Positions 1 through 7,959 of a stretch of 32,000 nt of DNA are shown here, piece by piece. How positions within the stretch are numbered: the first letter of the stretch is position 1; every line of letters begins with the position of its first letter. Origin of the DNA: Candidatus Kuenenia stuttgartensis (GTDB taxonomy: Bacteria; Planctomycetota; Brocadiia; Brocadiales; Brocadiaceae); assembly GCF_900232105.1 (NCBI RefSeq), contig NZ_LT934425.1:2730001-2762000 (forward strand), in the 5' to 3' direction. The notes beneath the pieces were generated by a model, which saw nothing but the letters and a program-made list of their open reading frames with translations, made no database searches and was not told where the DNA came from. The position numbers and the translations under genes are program-made.

Positions 1-213
1 AATAGCGCCGGTATTTCTTTACAAATACCCTGTAAACAATGCTTCTTTGCCAAAGTGTTTTCAATTTTTTCATAAAACGTATTAACATTGAAATTCCTAA
101 ACGCTAACATAATTGAGAATAAAAACTTCATTTTAGAGAAGAAGTCTTGTACAAACAATGATAAACAGCATTTTCACCGTAACTATTCAGCGTAAATGAT
201 ACACAGATCTGTG

Positions 214-234
214 GCACAGGCATCTTGCCTGTGC
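214..234. repeat. Short perfect hairpin (GCACAGGCA-TCT-TGCCTGTGC), one of a family of short palindromes scattered through the window
   Basis: 9-bp perfect stem with a 3-nt loop, read directly. Similar perfect hairpins lie at 2207-2229, 2272-2292, 2299-2327, 18671-18704, 27744-27766, 30935-30960 and 31132-31157. Confidence 0.6.
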
Positions 235-345
235 GAAACGCACCTAAAAATGCTGTTGCTTAATGGTGTTAGAATGATAAAATTCAACCTTTAATTCAAA
301 AGAATAAAATATCCATGACCTTCGGTCGCAAAGGAGTGAAATAAT

Positions 346-2049
346 ATGTCTACAGATAATCCTGCTTCCGGGATTGATTTTATAAGGGAAATTATTGCGG
401 AAGATATAAAAACGAATAAACACGGCGGTAGGGTGGTTACACGTTTTCCGCCGGAACCAAACGGATACCTGCACATCGGGCATGCAAAATCAATTTGTCT
501 TAACTTTGGTATTGCCCTGGAAAATAAAGGTGGTGTATGTCACCTGCGGTTTGATGATACAAACCCTTGCAAGGAGGAAATTGAATATGTTGAGTCAATT
601 AAAAACGATGTACATTGGTTGGGCTTTGACTGGGGAACGCATCTTTATTACACATCCGATTATTTTGAAAAGCTGTATGAGTATGCGGTACAGTTGATAC
701 GGCTAGGCAAGGCCTATGTATGTAGTTTAAGCGCTGACGAGATAAGAGAGCACCGCGGCACCTTGACTCAACCGGGAAAGGATAGCCCCTATCGCACACG
801 AACCATAGAAGAAAATCTTGATTTATTTACACGCATGCGCAACGGAGAGTTTGCGGATGGCGCTCAGGTGCTTCGCGCAAAAATTGATATGTCATCTCCC
901 AATTTAAACATGAGAGATCCTGCTATCTATCGCATCCGGCGTACAAAGCATCACAGGACCGGCGATACATGGTGTATTTATCCGATGTACGACTTTGCCC
1001 ACTGCCTTTCCGATTCCATTGAAGGGATCACGCATTCCATATGCACAACAGAATTTGAAAACCATCGCCCCCTGTATGATTGGATACTCGACACGTTAGG
1101 GGTGGAATGCCATCCGCAACAAATAGAGTTTGCACGCCTCAACCTCAGCTATACCGTGATGAGCAAGAGAAAATTACTTGAACTGGTAGAGGAAAAGCAG
1201 GTAAGTGGGTGGGACGACCCAAGAATGCCTACTATTTCAGGCATGCGAAGGAGGGGATATACACCGGAAGCAATACGCAATTTCTGCGAACGAATTGGAG
1301 TGGCAAAGAGAGAGAGCATGGTTGATATCGCACTGCTGGAACACTTTGTCCGCGAAGACCTTAATAAACATGCTCTCCGGGTAATGGCGGTATTGCGCCC
1401 GCTTAAGGTAGTCATTGTTAATTACCCCGAGGGTCATGTGGAAGAATTGGAGTGTATAAACAACCCGGAAGACCCAAATATGGGGACACGAAAGGCGCCT
1501 TTTTCCAGGGTTTTATATATAGAACAGGATGATTTCTGTGAAGAACCGCCCAAAAAATTCTTTCGCCTTGCCCCCGGGCGTGAAGTCCGTTTACGCTACG
1601 CCTATTTCATTACCTGTATAAAGGCAATAAAAGACGAAGTGACCGGCGAAATCAAAGAATTGCACTGCACCTATGATCAGGAAACACGGGGCGGTTCCGC
1701 ACCGGATGGCCGTAAAGTCAAGAGCACAATACATTGGGTTTCTGCCGAACATTCAATTGAAGCAGAAGTGCGTTTGTACGACCATTTATTCATAAAGGAA
1801 TCTCCATGCGGAGAAAAAGATGAAACTGATTTTAAAAAGTTTCTAAACCCAAATTCCCTGGAAATAATAGCTAAATGCCGTGTAGAACCTGGACTGGCAG
1901 ATGCTAAACCCGGGAGCCGTTACCAATTTGAGCGCATAGGTTATTTTTGCGTTGATGCAAAAGACACCGCCAGTAAAAAACCTGTTTTTAACAGAACGGC
2001 GCTACTGCGTGATACGTGGGCAAAGGAGCAAAAGGCCGAAGTAAAATGA
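346..2049 (+). CDS. glnS: Glutaminyl-tRNA synthetase
   Basis: 567-aa ORF. Class I aaRS HIGH motif ([14 protein letters not shown]) and KMSKS-type motif (VMSKRK). The overall N-terminal pattern [13 protein letters not shown]...[14 protein letters not shown] is typical of GlnRS. SD AAAGGAG lies about 9 nt upstream of the ATG. Confidence 0.95.
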   Translation: MSTDNPASGIDFIREIIAEDIKTNKHGGRVVTRFPPEPNGYLHIGHAKSICLNFGIALENKGGVCHLRFDDTNPCKEEIEYVESIKNDVHWLGFDWGTHLYYTSDYFEKLYEYAVQLIRLGKAYVCSLSADEIREHRGTLTQPGKDSPYRTRTIEENLDLFTRMRNGEFADGAQVLRAKIDMSSPNLNMRDPAIYRIRRTKHHRTGDTWCIYPMYDFAHCLSDSIEGITHSICTTEFENHRPLYDWILDTLGVECHPQQIEFARLNLSYTVMSKRKLLELVEEKQVSGWDDPRMPTISGMRRRGYTPEAIRNFCERIGVAKRESMVDIALLEHFVREDLNKHALRVMAVLRPLKVVIVNYPEGHVEELECINNPEDPNMGTRKAPFSRVLYIEQDDFCEEPPKKFFRLAPGREVRLRYAYFITCIKAIKDEVTGEIKELHCTYDQETRGGSAPDGRKVKSTIHWVSAEHSIEAEVRLYDHLFIKESPCGEKDETDFKKFLNPNSLEIIAKCRVEPGLADAKPGSRYQFERIGYFCVDAKDTASKKPVFNRTALLRDTWAKEQKAEVK

Positions 2050-2104
2050 CAAAGACTAAAATGCGCAGACTCCAGGCGGGCTCAGGTTGCAAACATGAGG
2101 TTTG

Positions 2105-2520
2105 GGTTCACACCTTGATCAGTGATTATAAGTCGGAGTGTACGAGAGTAGCTACTATGAAATAAAGTAACACTTTAGTCTTTTGAAACTGGAAATTATC
2201 CTTTGTAGTGCGACGAGGTTCGTCGCACTATTTGAGTAGACCCTATTCCTTATCGCACAACTTTTTTTTTGGTGCGACGAACCTCGTCGCACTACATGGT
2301 AGAGACAGGTTTGAAACCTGTCTCTACTTAGATAGCTCAAATGAGGAACGAGCCGCAACCGTTTATACCAAATGCTCCACCCCTACACTACTATCCGGCA
2401 AGCAGCAGCACTATTATTGGAATTGTTCAAAAAACTAAAGTGTTATGAAATAAAAGATATTTAAAGAAGATGAAGCCAATAAACAATTATAAAAGGTAAA
2501 ATCACTAATCAAGGTGTGAC
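2105..2520. mobile_element. Non-coding MITE-like element (family A) carrying a nested second element
   Basis: Terminal inverted repeats CACCTTGATCAGTGATT (2111-2127) and AATCACTAATCAAGGTG (2500-2516). The ~65-nt left end and ~50-nt right end recur at 18556-18798. The interior 2167-2445 has its own IRs (GTAACACTTTAG / CTAAAGTGTTA) flanked by a 9-bp duplication TGAAATAAA (2158-2166 and 2446-2454). It also contains three perfect hairpins. No credible ORF. Confidence 0.65.
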
Positions 2521-2890
2521 CCTATTTTTCCAAAAGTACCCTCTTGCGGAATATCAAGGAAAATGTAATAATCCCCATTCCTTACAGACAATATACAAAA
2601 ATGACGGATTATCCATGATAAATTATTTGTTTTTGAAGAAAAAGCAATAATAGAATAAGAATGTGTAACTTTATATGGTGTTATCTATAAACTTAACAAT
2701 TACTTGTTATAGTGCGATAAAGAATTATACAAAAGCAGTCATCATGTTGCATTAGCAACACCCAGAAACGATGAAAATGGTTTTATAGCCATATCATATT
2801 GCGGTACATGTACTTAAGCTATTTTTTGTAGTCTTATTTTCGAGCCAGAATGATTATGAAACCCTCAATAAATGGATGTTATAGGGTCCT

Positions 2891-3277
2891 ATGAATGATA
2901 TTTTGGAAAAATTTGCATTTGCTCTTCTTGGAGCTTTTATTGGATATCTTGTGAGCAACCGACTCGCTATCGGAAGAGATAAAAGGAAAGAGTTTAATGA
3001 ATTGATTAATCCAATTCGTAGTGAACTCTTAGCTATTAGAAATAACCCTCGCTTCAATTTGACAGGATCCTATGGCATAACCCTATCTCTAATTTGCGAA
3101 CAGCTCCATTTTTGGAATAGACGTTCCTTTAAAAGGGCAATTGATAATTATGAGAAAAGTAAAGGTAGTGAAAACATTAAGTTAAATATAGATGGCATGG
3201 GTGGATGGGCTTACAAAGATACTGATTGGATTGTTCATGCTGCCAATGAACTCCTAAAGTATTTGAAGCCAAGGTAA
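2891..3277 (+). CDS. Hypothetical small protein with an N-terminal membrane anchor
   Basis: 128-aa ORF. Hydrophobic N-terminal helix FAFALLGAFIGYLV followed by a charged soluble region. Weak SD. I recognise no family motif. Confidence 0.5.
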   Translation: MNDILEKFAFALLGAFIGYLVSNRLAIGRDKRKEFNELINPIRSELLAIRNNPRFNLTGSYGITLSLICEQLHFWNRRSFKRAIDNYEKSKGSENIKLNIDGMGGWAYKDTDWIVHAANELLKYLKPR

Positions 3278-3304
3278 TACGAAAAAGCACTATAACCCGT
3301 CAGT

Positions 3305-3402
3305 TCAGGTAACAGCCAGGGCCGAGGCGTTTTTGTAGTTCGTTTTTATATTGAAATATTTTTGTTTTTATTGAGGTCAGTGGTAGCCCTGGCTGTTCCT
3401 GA
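3305..3402. repeat. Long-loop inverted repeat downstream of ORF 2891-3277
   Basis: Arms TCAGGTAACAGCCAGGGC (3305-3322) and GCCCTGGCTGTTCCTGA (3386-3402) are complementary apart from one indel, with a ~63-nt AT-rich spacer. Function unknown. Confidence 0.45.
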
Positions 3403-3530
3403 CTTCTATCGTTAGTCGCGACACGATGTCGCATAATTGATTGTACTAAAAGAAGATTTTCTTCTTGAGTGTACTAAGCATGTTCCTGCTTATTCCTACG
3501 TGAGCGTGCTACCATTGCGCTGACGACGGG

Positions 3531-4225
3531 GTGCGAAGCCTCACGGACAACGTACCGAATTGAGTCGAAATGGCGACAGGCAGACCCCTCCGGAAAACCT
3601 ATCCGGTTAAGGGCTAGGAACGAATGATATGATGAAAATATATGAATGTCCGCACGCATCGTCAATGAGCGACAGACCTACTAGGTTTAACAGGTCGAAG
3701 GTTATTCCCCAGTGAATAGCATGTTGGTAAAGTTGCAAGTCTCTAACGTGCTTGCACGGAACTGTAGAACCACCGGTGTCCAGGACGCATCTAAGTCATT
3801 TACAGGGTCAATTATACGGAACGTGGAAACTCAGACCTTCGCCCTATGGGCAGGCTAACCGTGAGGCATGCTGTTGGAGGACTGGGGGTGAGATGCCATA
3901 AGGAAGCGAATGCTTTTCTGTAATGGAAGAGATACCGGTTGAAATATTACCGGCTCAGTAATGAGGCTGATAGTTGGCAGGTGCCTTATTACGTGAACAT
4001 TGAATGAATCAGTTGAAAGAAGGGAACGCAAATGACGGGTGCTAAGCCTGGTGCCCCCTTCGTTTTTTTTGATATACTGACAGTCAGTTATTAACGTGAA
4101 GAAATTTATTAGCGGGTTTCTCCATAAGAGAAGCTTAAACAGGTGCTTGAGCTGTATGATGGGAAACTATCACGTACAGTTCTTAGGAGGGAATCGGGCA
4201 GCAATGCCCGTGACCTATCCGGTAC
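3531..4225 (+). ncRNA. ORF-less group II intron ribozyme (about 695 nt, no intron-encoded protein)
   Basis: 5' GUGCG at 3531. A 9-bp helix GCCUCACGG (3538-3546) / CCGUGAGGC (3859-3867) closes a ~330-nt domain I. The 34-nt domain V, GAGCUGUAUGAUGGGAAACUAUCACGUACAGUUC (4149-4182), has the AGC triad, a GAAA loop and the AC bulge of the group II consensus. Domain VI has a CGGGCA-GCAA-UGCCCG hairpin, an unpaired A and a ...GGUAC 3' end at 4225. The track shows no sense-strand ORF of 60 aa or more inside it. Confidence 0.8.
4018..4070 (+). terminator. Intrinsic-terminator-like hairpin plus T8 tract inside the intron domain IV remnant
   Basis: GAAGGG (4018-4023) pairs with CCCUUC (4056-4061), enclosing GGGUGC (4037-4042) / GUGCCC (4051-4056). 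It is followed by CG and eight T (4063-4070). The stem contains G-U pairs, so strength is uncertain. Confidence 0.35.
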
Positions 4226-4241
4226 AAAAAGGAGAAATCAT

Positions 4242-4973
4242 ATGGCGATATCGAGACAAGCAATACTAATTGGATCCCCAAGCGTAAAACCGGAACTTCC
4301 TGGCGTGACCACTGATATGGGGAATATTAAACAGTTTTTATTGTCGAATAAGGGTGGGGCTTGGAGGGCAGACGAAATAGTAACCCTTTCAGATCCCAGT
4401 TCCGCCGCTGTGGATGCGCAAATCGAATCGGCTAGGTACAAAGATTATGTTTTTATTTCTTGCTCTGGGCATGGTGAGCATCGTGTCGGAAAAGGTCTTG
4501 ATGAAACGGTAATGTATGTAAAAGAAAATGAGACTGTTTCGATTAGCAGTATAAATCCTAGAAACAAACGTCACTTGGTCATAGTCGATGTGTGTCGAAA
4601 ATTAATTAGAGTCGAGACAATGGAAGAAACGAGAGCCGCAATGAAGGCATTTATGAAAAGTGCGGCCATACCCATAGATTATAGAAAAATATTCGATGAC
4701 GCAGTAATGGCTAACCCTGAAGGTCGTATTGTTGCATATTCATGTGATATCAACCAATCTGCTGGTGACGACGGCAGTGGCGGTGTTTTTACTCAAGAGT
4801 TGTTAGCTGCCCCGAAATATTTTTCGCCTACAAACAACAATCAATATGGCATTGTCAAAATAAATGCAGCTTTTGATCAGGCAAAAACAATGACATACGC
4901 AAAAAATGCACCTCAAAGCCCTGTATTTAATGCTGGGAGACGTATGGACTTTTACCCATTTGCTATTGTTTAA
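4242..4973 (+). CDS. Stand-alone caspase-like cysteine protease (peptidase C14 fold)
   Basis: 243 aa from ATG 4242, with SD AAAGGAG 4228-4234 and a 7-nt spacer. Motif order is caspase/metacaspase-like: AILIGSP..., catalytic His in FISCSGHGEH (His codon 4470-4472) and catalytic Cys in LVIVDVCRK (Cys codon 4593-4595). The track ORF start at 4143 lies inside intron domains V/VI and is rejected. Confidence 0.75.
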   Translation: MAISRQAILIGSPSVKPELPGVTTDMGNIKQFLLSNKGGAWRADEIVTLSDPSSAAVDAQIESARYKDYVFISCSGHGEHRVGKGLDETVMYVKENETVSISSINPRNKRHLVIVDVCRKLIRVETMEETRAAMKAFMKSAAIPIDYRKIFDDAVMANPEGRIVAYSCDINQSAGDDGSGGVFTQELLAAPKYFSPTNNNQYGIVKINAAFDQAKTMTYAKNAPQSPVFNAGRRMDFYPFAIV

Positions 4974-5438
4974 ACGGTGAGAAAATGATCACAGATTACA
5001 ACAAAGACAAATGGGGGCCACTTGAACTAAAACATCTAATTTTAGATACAGAGGAATTTATTGCCTTTATAGATCATCGTAATGATTTAGACTGGATAAC
5101 AAGTAAAGAGTTTGATGCAAAAGGCCCGCAATCTCCAGAGAAGCATCACGAAATATTAAATACGGTTGCATTGTTGGAATGCAAACCAATTGTTCATCTT
5201 TCCGAAAACAACCAGTTAAATTTTAAAAGATTATTAGGTGAGGCTTTGGCAAGGAGCCTAAAGCATGATTACAAAAAGGCTTCGAGTATACTCGTCCATG
5301 CTGAAAACTTCCTTATGGATAGAGGTAAGGAAATATCGCGTCAATGGTATTTAAACCGAGCAGGTATAACCTCACTAATCATATTTGCAGTTGGTGTTCT
5401 CTTTTGGGTTTTTCGTGATTTAAGCATAAAAGTCCTAG

Positions 5439-7442
5439 CGTGAGTTTATCACGAAATAAGGTGTAAGACAAAGACATCAAGTTGCAATCCAATGATTTGT
5501 ATCGGGTTGCGACTTTTTTTGTCTAAAAAATTATGTATACACTGAATAATACTATATTTATATTGCATTATATGCCTGTATATACTATTATACACGGAGT
5601 ATTAATCTATTACGTATACACTAACAACTAATAGCCATGGCTACCATTCAATCTAAAAACTCCAGAGGTTATAAATATTGGTATATTGTCGAATCGCGGC
5701 GCGTTAACGGCAAGCCCAGGCCCATCGTCCTGGCCTATCTTGGCAAGGCAGACGATTTATTAAAACAACTGCAAGGTCTTACCGAAAAATTACGGCTCAA
5801 ATCTTATTCACATGGCGCGGTAGCCGCATTGCTAAGTGTGGCCAATGCCCTGGACGTCCCTTCCGTGATTAATAAATATATAAAGTCGCCACGGCAGTAT
5901 TGTGCTAAAAAACCTGTTCGAAATAATCTGACCGCCGGAAGTACCCTCTTGTTGGGTGCCGTGGGGAGAGTGTGTGTGCCTACCAGCAAAAGAGGATGGT
6001 GGGATTGGGCAAAGACGACTACTGCCGAATACTTACTCAGACACAGCTTGAGTAAAATAGACAGTCAGCATTTCTGGGATTTGATGGATGCACTTCCTGA
6101 AGAATCCATTGCAGAAATCGAGCGCGAATTAATTGAAAAGACATTTAAAACATACAACCTTCAAAGCGACACACTGTTTTTTGATACAACCAATTTTTTC
6201 ACGTATATCGACACAACTAATCTGCGATGCACTATTGCCCGGCGGGGGAAAAACAAACAAAAGCGATACGATCTCAGGCAGGTCGGGTTGGCGATGGTCG
6301 TTACACGTAACGACATGATACCGTTGTTTCACCATACCTATCAGGGGAACATGGCGGATGCAAAGGTGTTCAGCGCGGTTCTTGAGACGATAAAAGACAG
6401 GATGACCGGATTAGGTTTCGACAGCAAAAAGCACACTATTGTTTTTGATCGTGGAAACAATTCCATGGACAATATGGCTATTGTAGAGAGATTGGCATTG
6501 CATTACGTTGGAGCGCTTACACCGTATCATCACAAGCAGTTGGTAGGGGATGCCATGTGTAATTTCAGGGAATATGACGTTGACGGCAGTAAGATACAGG
6601 TGTACCATGACAAACGGGTTATTTGGGGGCAGGAAAGAACCGTTGTCGTATTTATTTCCGAGAAATTAAAGGTTGGGCAATTAAGGGGAATGTCTCAGTC
6701 TCTGGAAAAGGCAGAACATCAGTTAAAGCTCTTACAGCAGCATCTGTGTAATCCAAAGGGAAAGATGCGGGACAAAGAGGGTCTGGAGGATACGATAAGA
6801 AGTGTAGTGAAATGTCAATTTGCGAAGGATGTTATCGATTGGTCGTTAAAAGAGGTATCTGAAGGCAAGTTTCAATTGAATTTTTCAATCGACCAGAAAA
6901 AGCTCGAAGAAATAGAAGGGGAACTGGGGTTCAGGATTCTTATGACAGACCATCACGATTGGGATACCGCGGACATTATAAAAGCCTACTATGGGCAATC
7001 AAAAATTGAACATGCCTTTAGAAATCTCAAGAACCCCTATCACCTTGCTTTAAAACCGCAATTTCACTGGACGGATCAGAAAATCAGGGTGCATTTTTTT
7101 ATTTGCGTCCTCGGATACCTAATGGCGGCGATTGTGTGGTATCAGGCAAAAGCGCACGCACAATTTAGTGGAACGTTAGATACCCTGTTAGACACCCTTA
7201 ATAATATAAGGCTTTCTGCTATGCTTGAAGAAACAAAGGCCAGAGGGAGAGTTAAGGCTACCTACAAATTGGAAGAAATGTCCGACAAGGAATCTCTGTT
7301 GATGAATGCGTTAGGCATTATGGATTTCCACAAACATCGGCTGAAACTTCAAGGACTCAGTGTATACAATTGATGTTGTGCTTAACGCATTGACTGTATT
7401 TATGTTACGTTGCTTCATGCCTTATTTTGTGATAAACTCACG
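5439..7442 (+). mobile_element. IS1634-group (IS4-related) insertion sequence, about 2.0 kb
   Basis: Terminal IRs CGTGAGTTTATCACGAAATAAGG (5439-5461) and CCTTATTTTGTGATAAACTCACG (7420-7442) match at 22/23 positions. Flanked by CTAG at 5435-5438 and 7443-7446. Contains a single transposase ORF. Confidence 0.85.
5637..7373 (+). CDS. IS1634-family DDE transposase
   Basis: 578 aa. The N-terminus KNSRGYKYWYIVESRRVNGKPRPIVLAYLG is characteristic of IS1634-group transposases. Candidate DDE residues lie in LFFDTTNF, IVFDRGNNS and YGQSKIEHAFRNLK. Confidence 0.85.
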   Translation: MATIQSKNSRGYKYWYIVESRRVNGKPRPIVLAYLGKADDLLKQLQGLTEKLRLKSYSHGAVAALLSVANALDVPSVINKYIKSPRQYCAKKPVRNNLTAGSTLLLGAVGRVCVPTSKRGWWDWAKTTTAEYLLRHSLSKIDSQHFWDLMDALPEESIAEIERELIEKTFKTYNLQSDTLFFDTTNFFTYIDTTNLRCTIARRGKNKQKRYDLRQVGLAMVVTRNDMIPLFHHTYQGNMADAKVFSAVLETIKDRMTGLGFDSKKHTIVFDRGNNSMDNMAIVERLALHYVGALTPYHHKQLVGDAMCNFREYDVDGSKIQVYHDKRVIWGQERTVVVFISEKLKVGQLRGMSQSLEKAEHQLKLLQQHLCNPKGKMRDKEGLEDTIRSVVKCQFAKDVIDWSLKEVSEGKFQLNFSIDQKKLEEIEGELGFRILMTDHHDWDTADIIKAYYGQSKIEHAFRNLKNPYHLALKPQFHWTDQKIRVHFFICVLGYLMAAIVWYQAKAHAQFSGTLDTLLDTLNNIRLSAMLEETKARGRVKATYKLEEMSDKESLLMNALGIMDFHKHRLKLQGLSVYN

Positions 7443-7959
7443 CTAGGAGAATCCGCATTTATTATCAGTCTTGCAATGGTTTCTGGCGGGCTAGGGGCAT
7501 TTTTATCAATTATTTTCCGAATGGGAAAAGAATCCATAGATTGTCTTGCAGGGAAAAAGCTCCATGAACTCGAAAGCATGTATCGGATAATAGCTGGAAT
7601 GTTATCGGCCCTTTTGGCCTCATTGCTTGTGCGATCTGAAATGTTTTTGCCTGCTTTTTCTAAAATGAATCATATTGAATTGTCAATAATTGCTATAGGT
7701 TTCATCGCTGGTATGAGTGAAAGATTTGCTCCTTCAATACTATCAAAATTAGAAAAGAATAAAAAAATTGTATAACAATGCTAATTAACGCGCCGGTTAT
7801 TGGCAGCGTTATACATTAATTAAGGTTGAAAAAGAAGGAATGTGTCATAATGAAAAGAGCTCGGCAAATCCCTATATTCGCTAATTGAATTGCCCGGCTT
7901 TAAAATACAGTCCATGGCCTTGGAAGAGAGAAACAAGAAGGATTGAAAGGTGAATGTGA

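Larger units (their letters stand above)
4985..7775 (+). pseudogene. IS-interrupted gene for a 260-aa protein with a soluble N-terminal region and four TM helices (partner of the protease)
   Basis: ORF 4985-5443 stops at a TGA supplied by the IS left end. Deleting 5439-7446 joins ...RDLSIKVL to GESAFIISLAMVSGG... in frame (checked codon by codon). ATG 4985 lies 11 nt after the protease stop, preceded by GGTGAG. TM segments: ITSLIIFAVGVLFWVF, AFIISLAMVSGGLGAFLSIIF, IIAGMLSALLASLLV, LSIIAIGFIAGM. Confidence 0.8.

Noticed and set aside
1-73. Possible minus-strand gene start (ATG at 73-71, MKKLKTLWQRSIVYRVFVKKYRRY...) running off the left edge
   Set aside because: Only 24 codons are visible, there is no clear SD, and the composition is AT-rich. 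That is too little evidence to report as a feature.
2155-2438. Track ORFs 2155-2358 (-) and 2208-2438 (+)
   Set aside because: Both lie wholly within the MITE-like element and read through perfect hairpins. The mirror-image ORFs on both strands are an artefact of palindromic DNA.
3474-3665. 63-aa antisense ORF
   Set aside because: It lies antisense to intron domain I, with no SD and no recognisable motif.
4143-4241. N-terminal 33-codon extension of the protease ORF (track start GTG 4143: MLELYDGKLSRTVLRRESGSNARDLSGTKRRNH)
   Set aside because: This stretch coincides exactly with group II intron domains V and VI. ATG 4242 has a strong SD (AAAGGAG, 7-nt spacer), and the caspase-like homology starts right after it.
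7410-7446. Start of track ORF 7410-7775 (MLHALFCDKLT...) as an independent gene
   Set aside because: These codons are encoded by the IS right terminal repeat. The ORF is the 3' half of the interrupted gene that starts at 4985.
4985-7775. Bacterial gasdermin identity for the protease partner
   Set aside because: The size (~260 aa) and the protease adjacency are suggestive. However, the protein has four strongly hydrophobic predicted TM helices and lies downstream of the protease. Neither is typical of bacterial gasdermins, and I saw no sequence resemblance.
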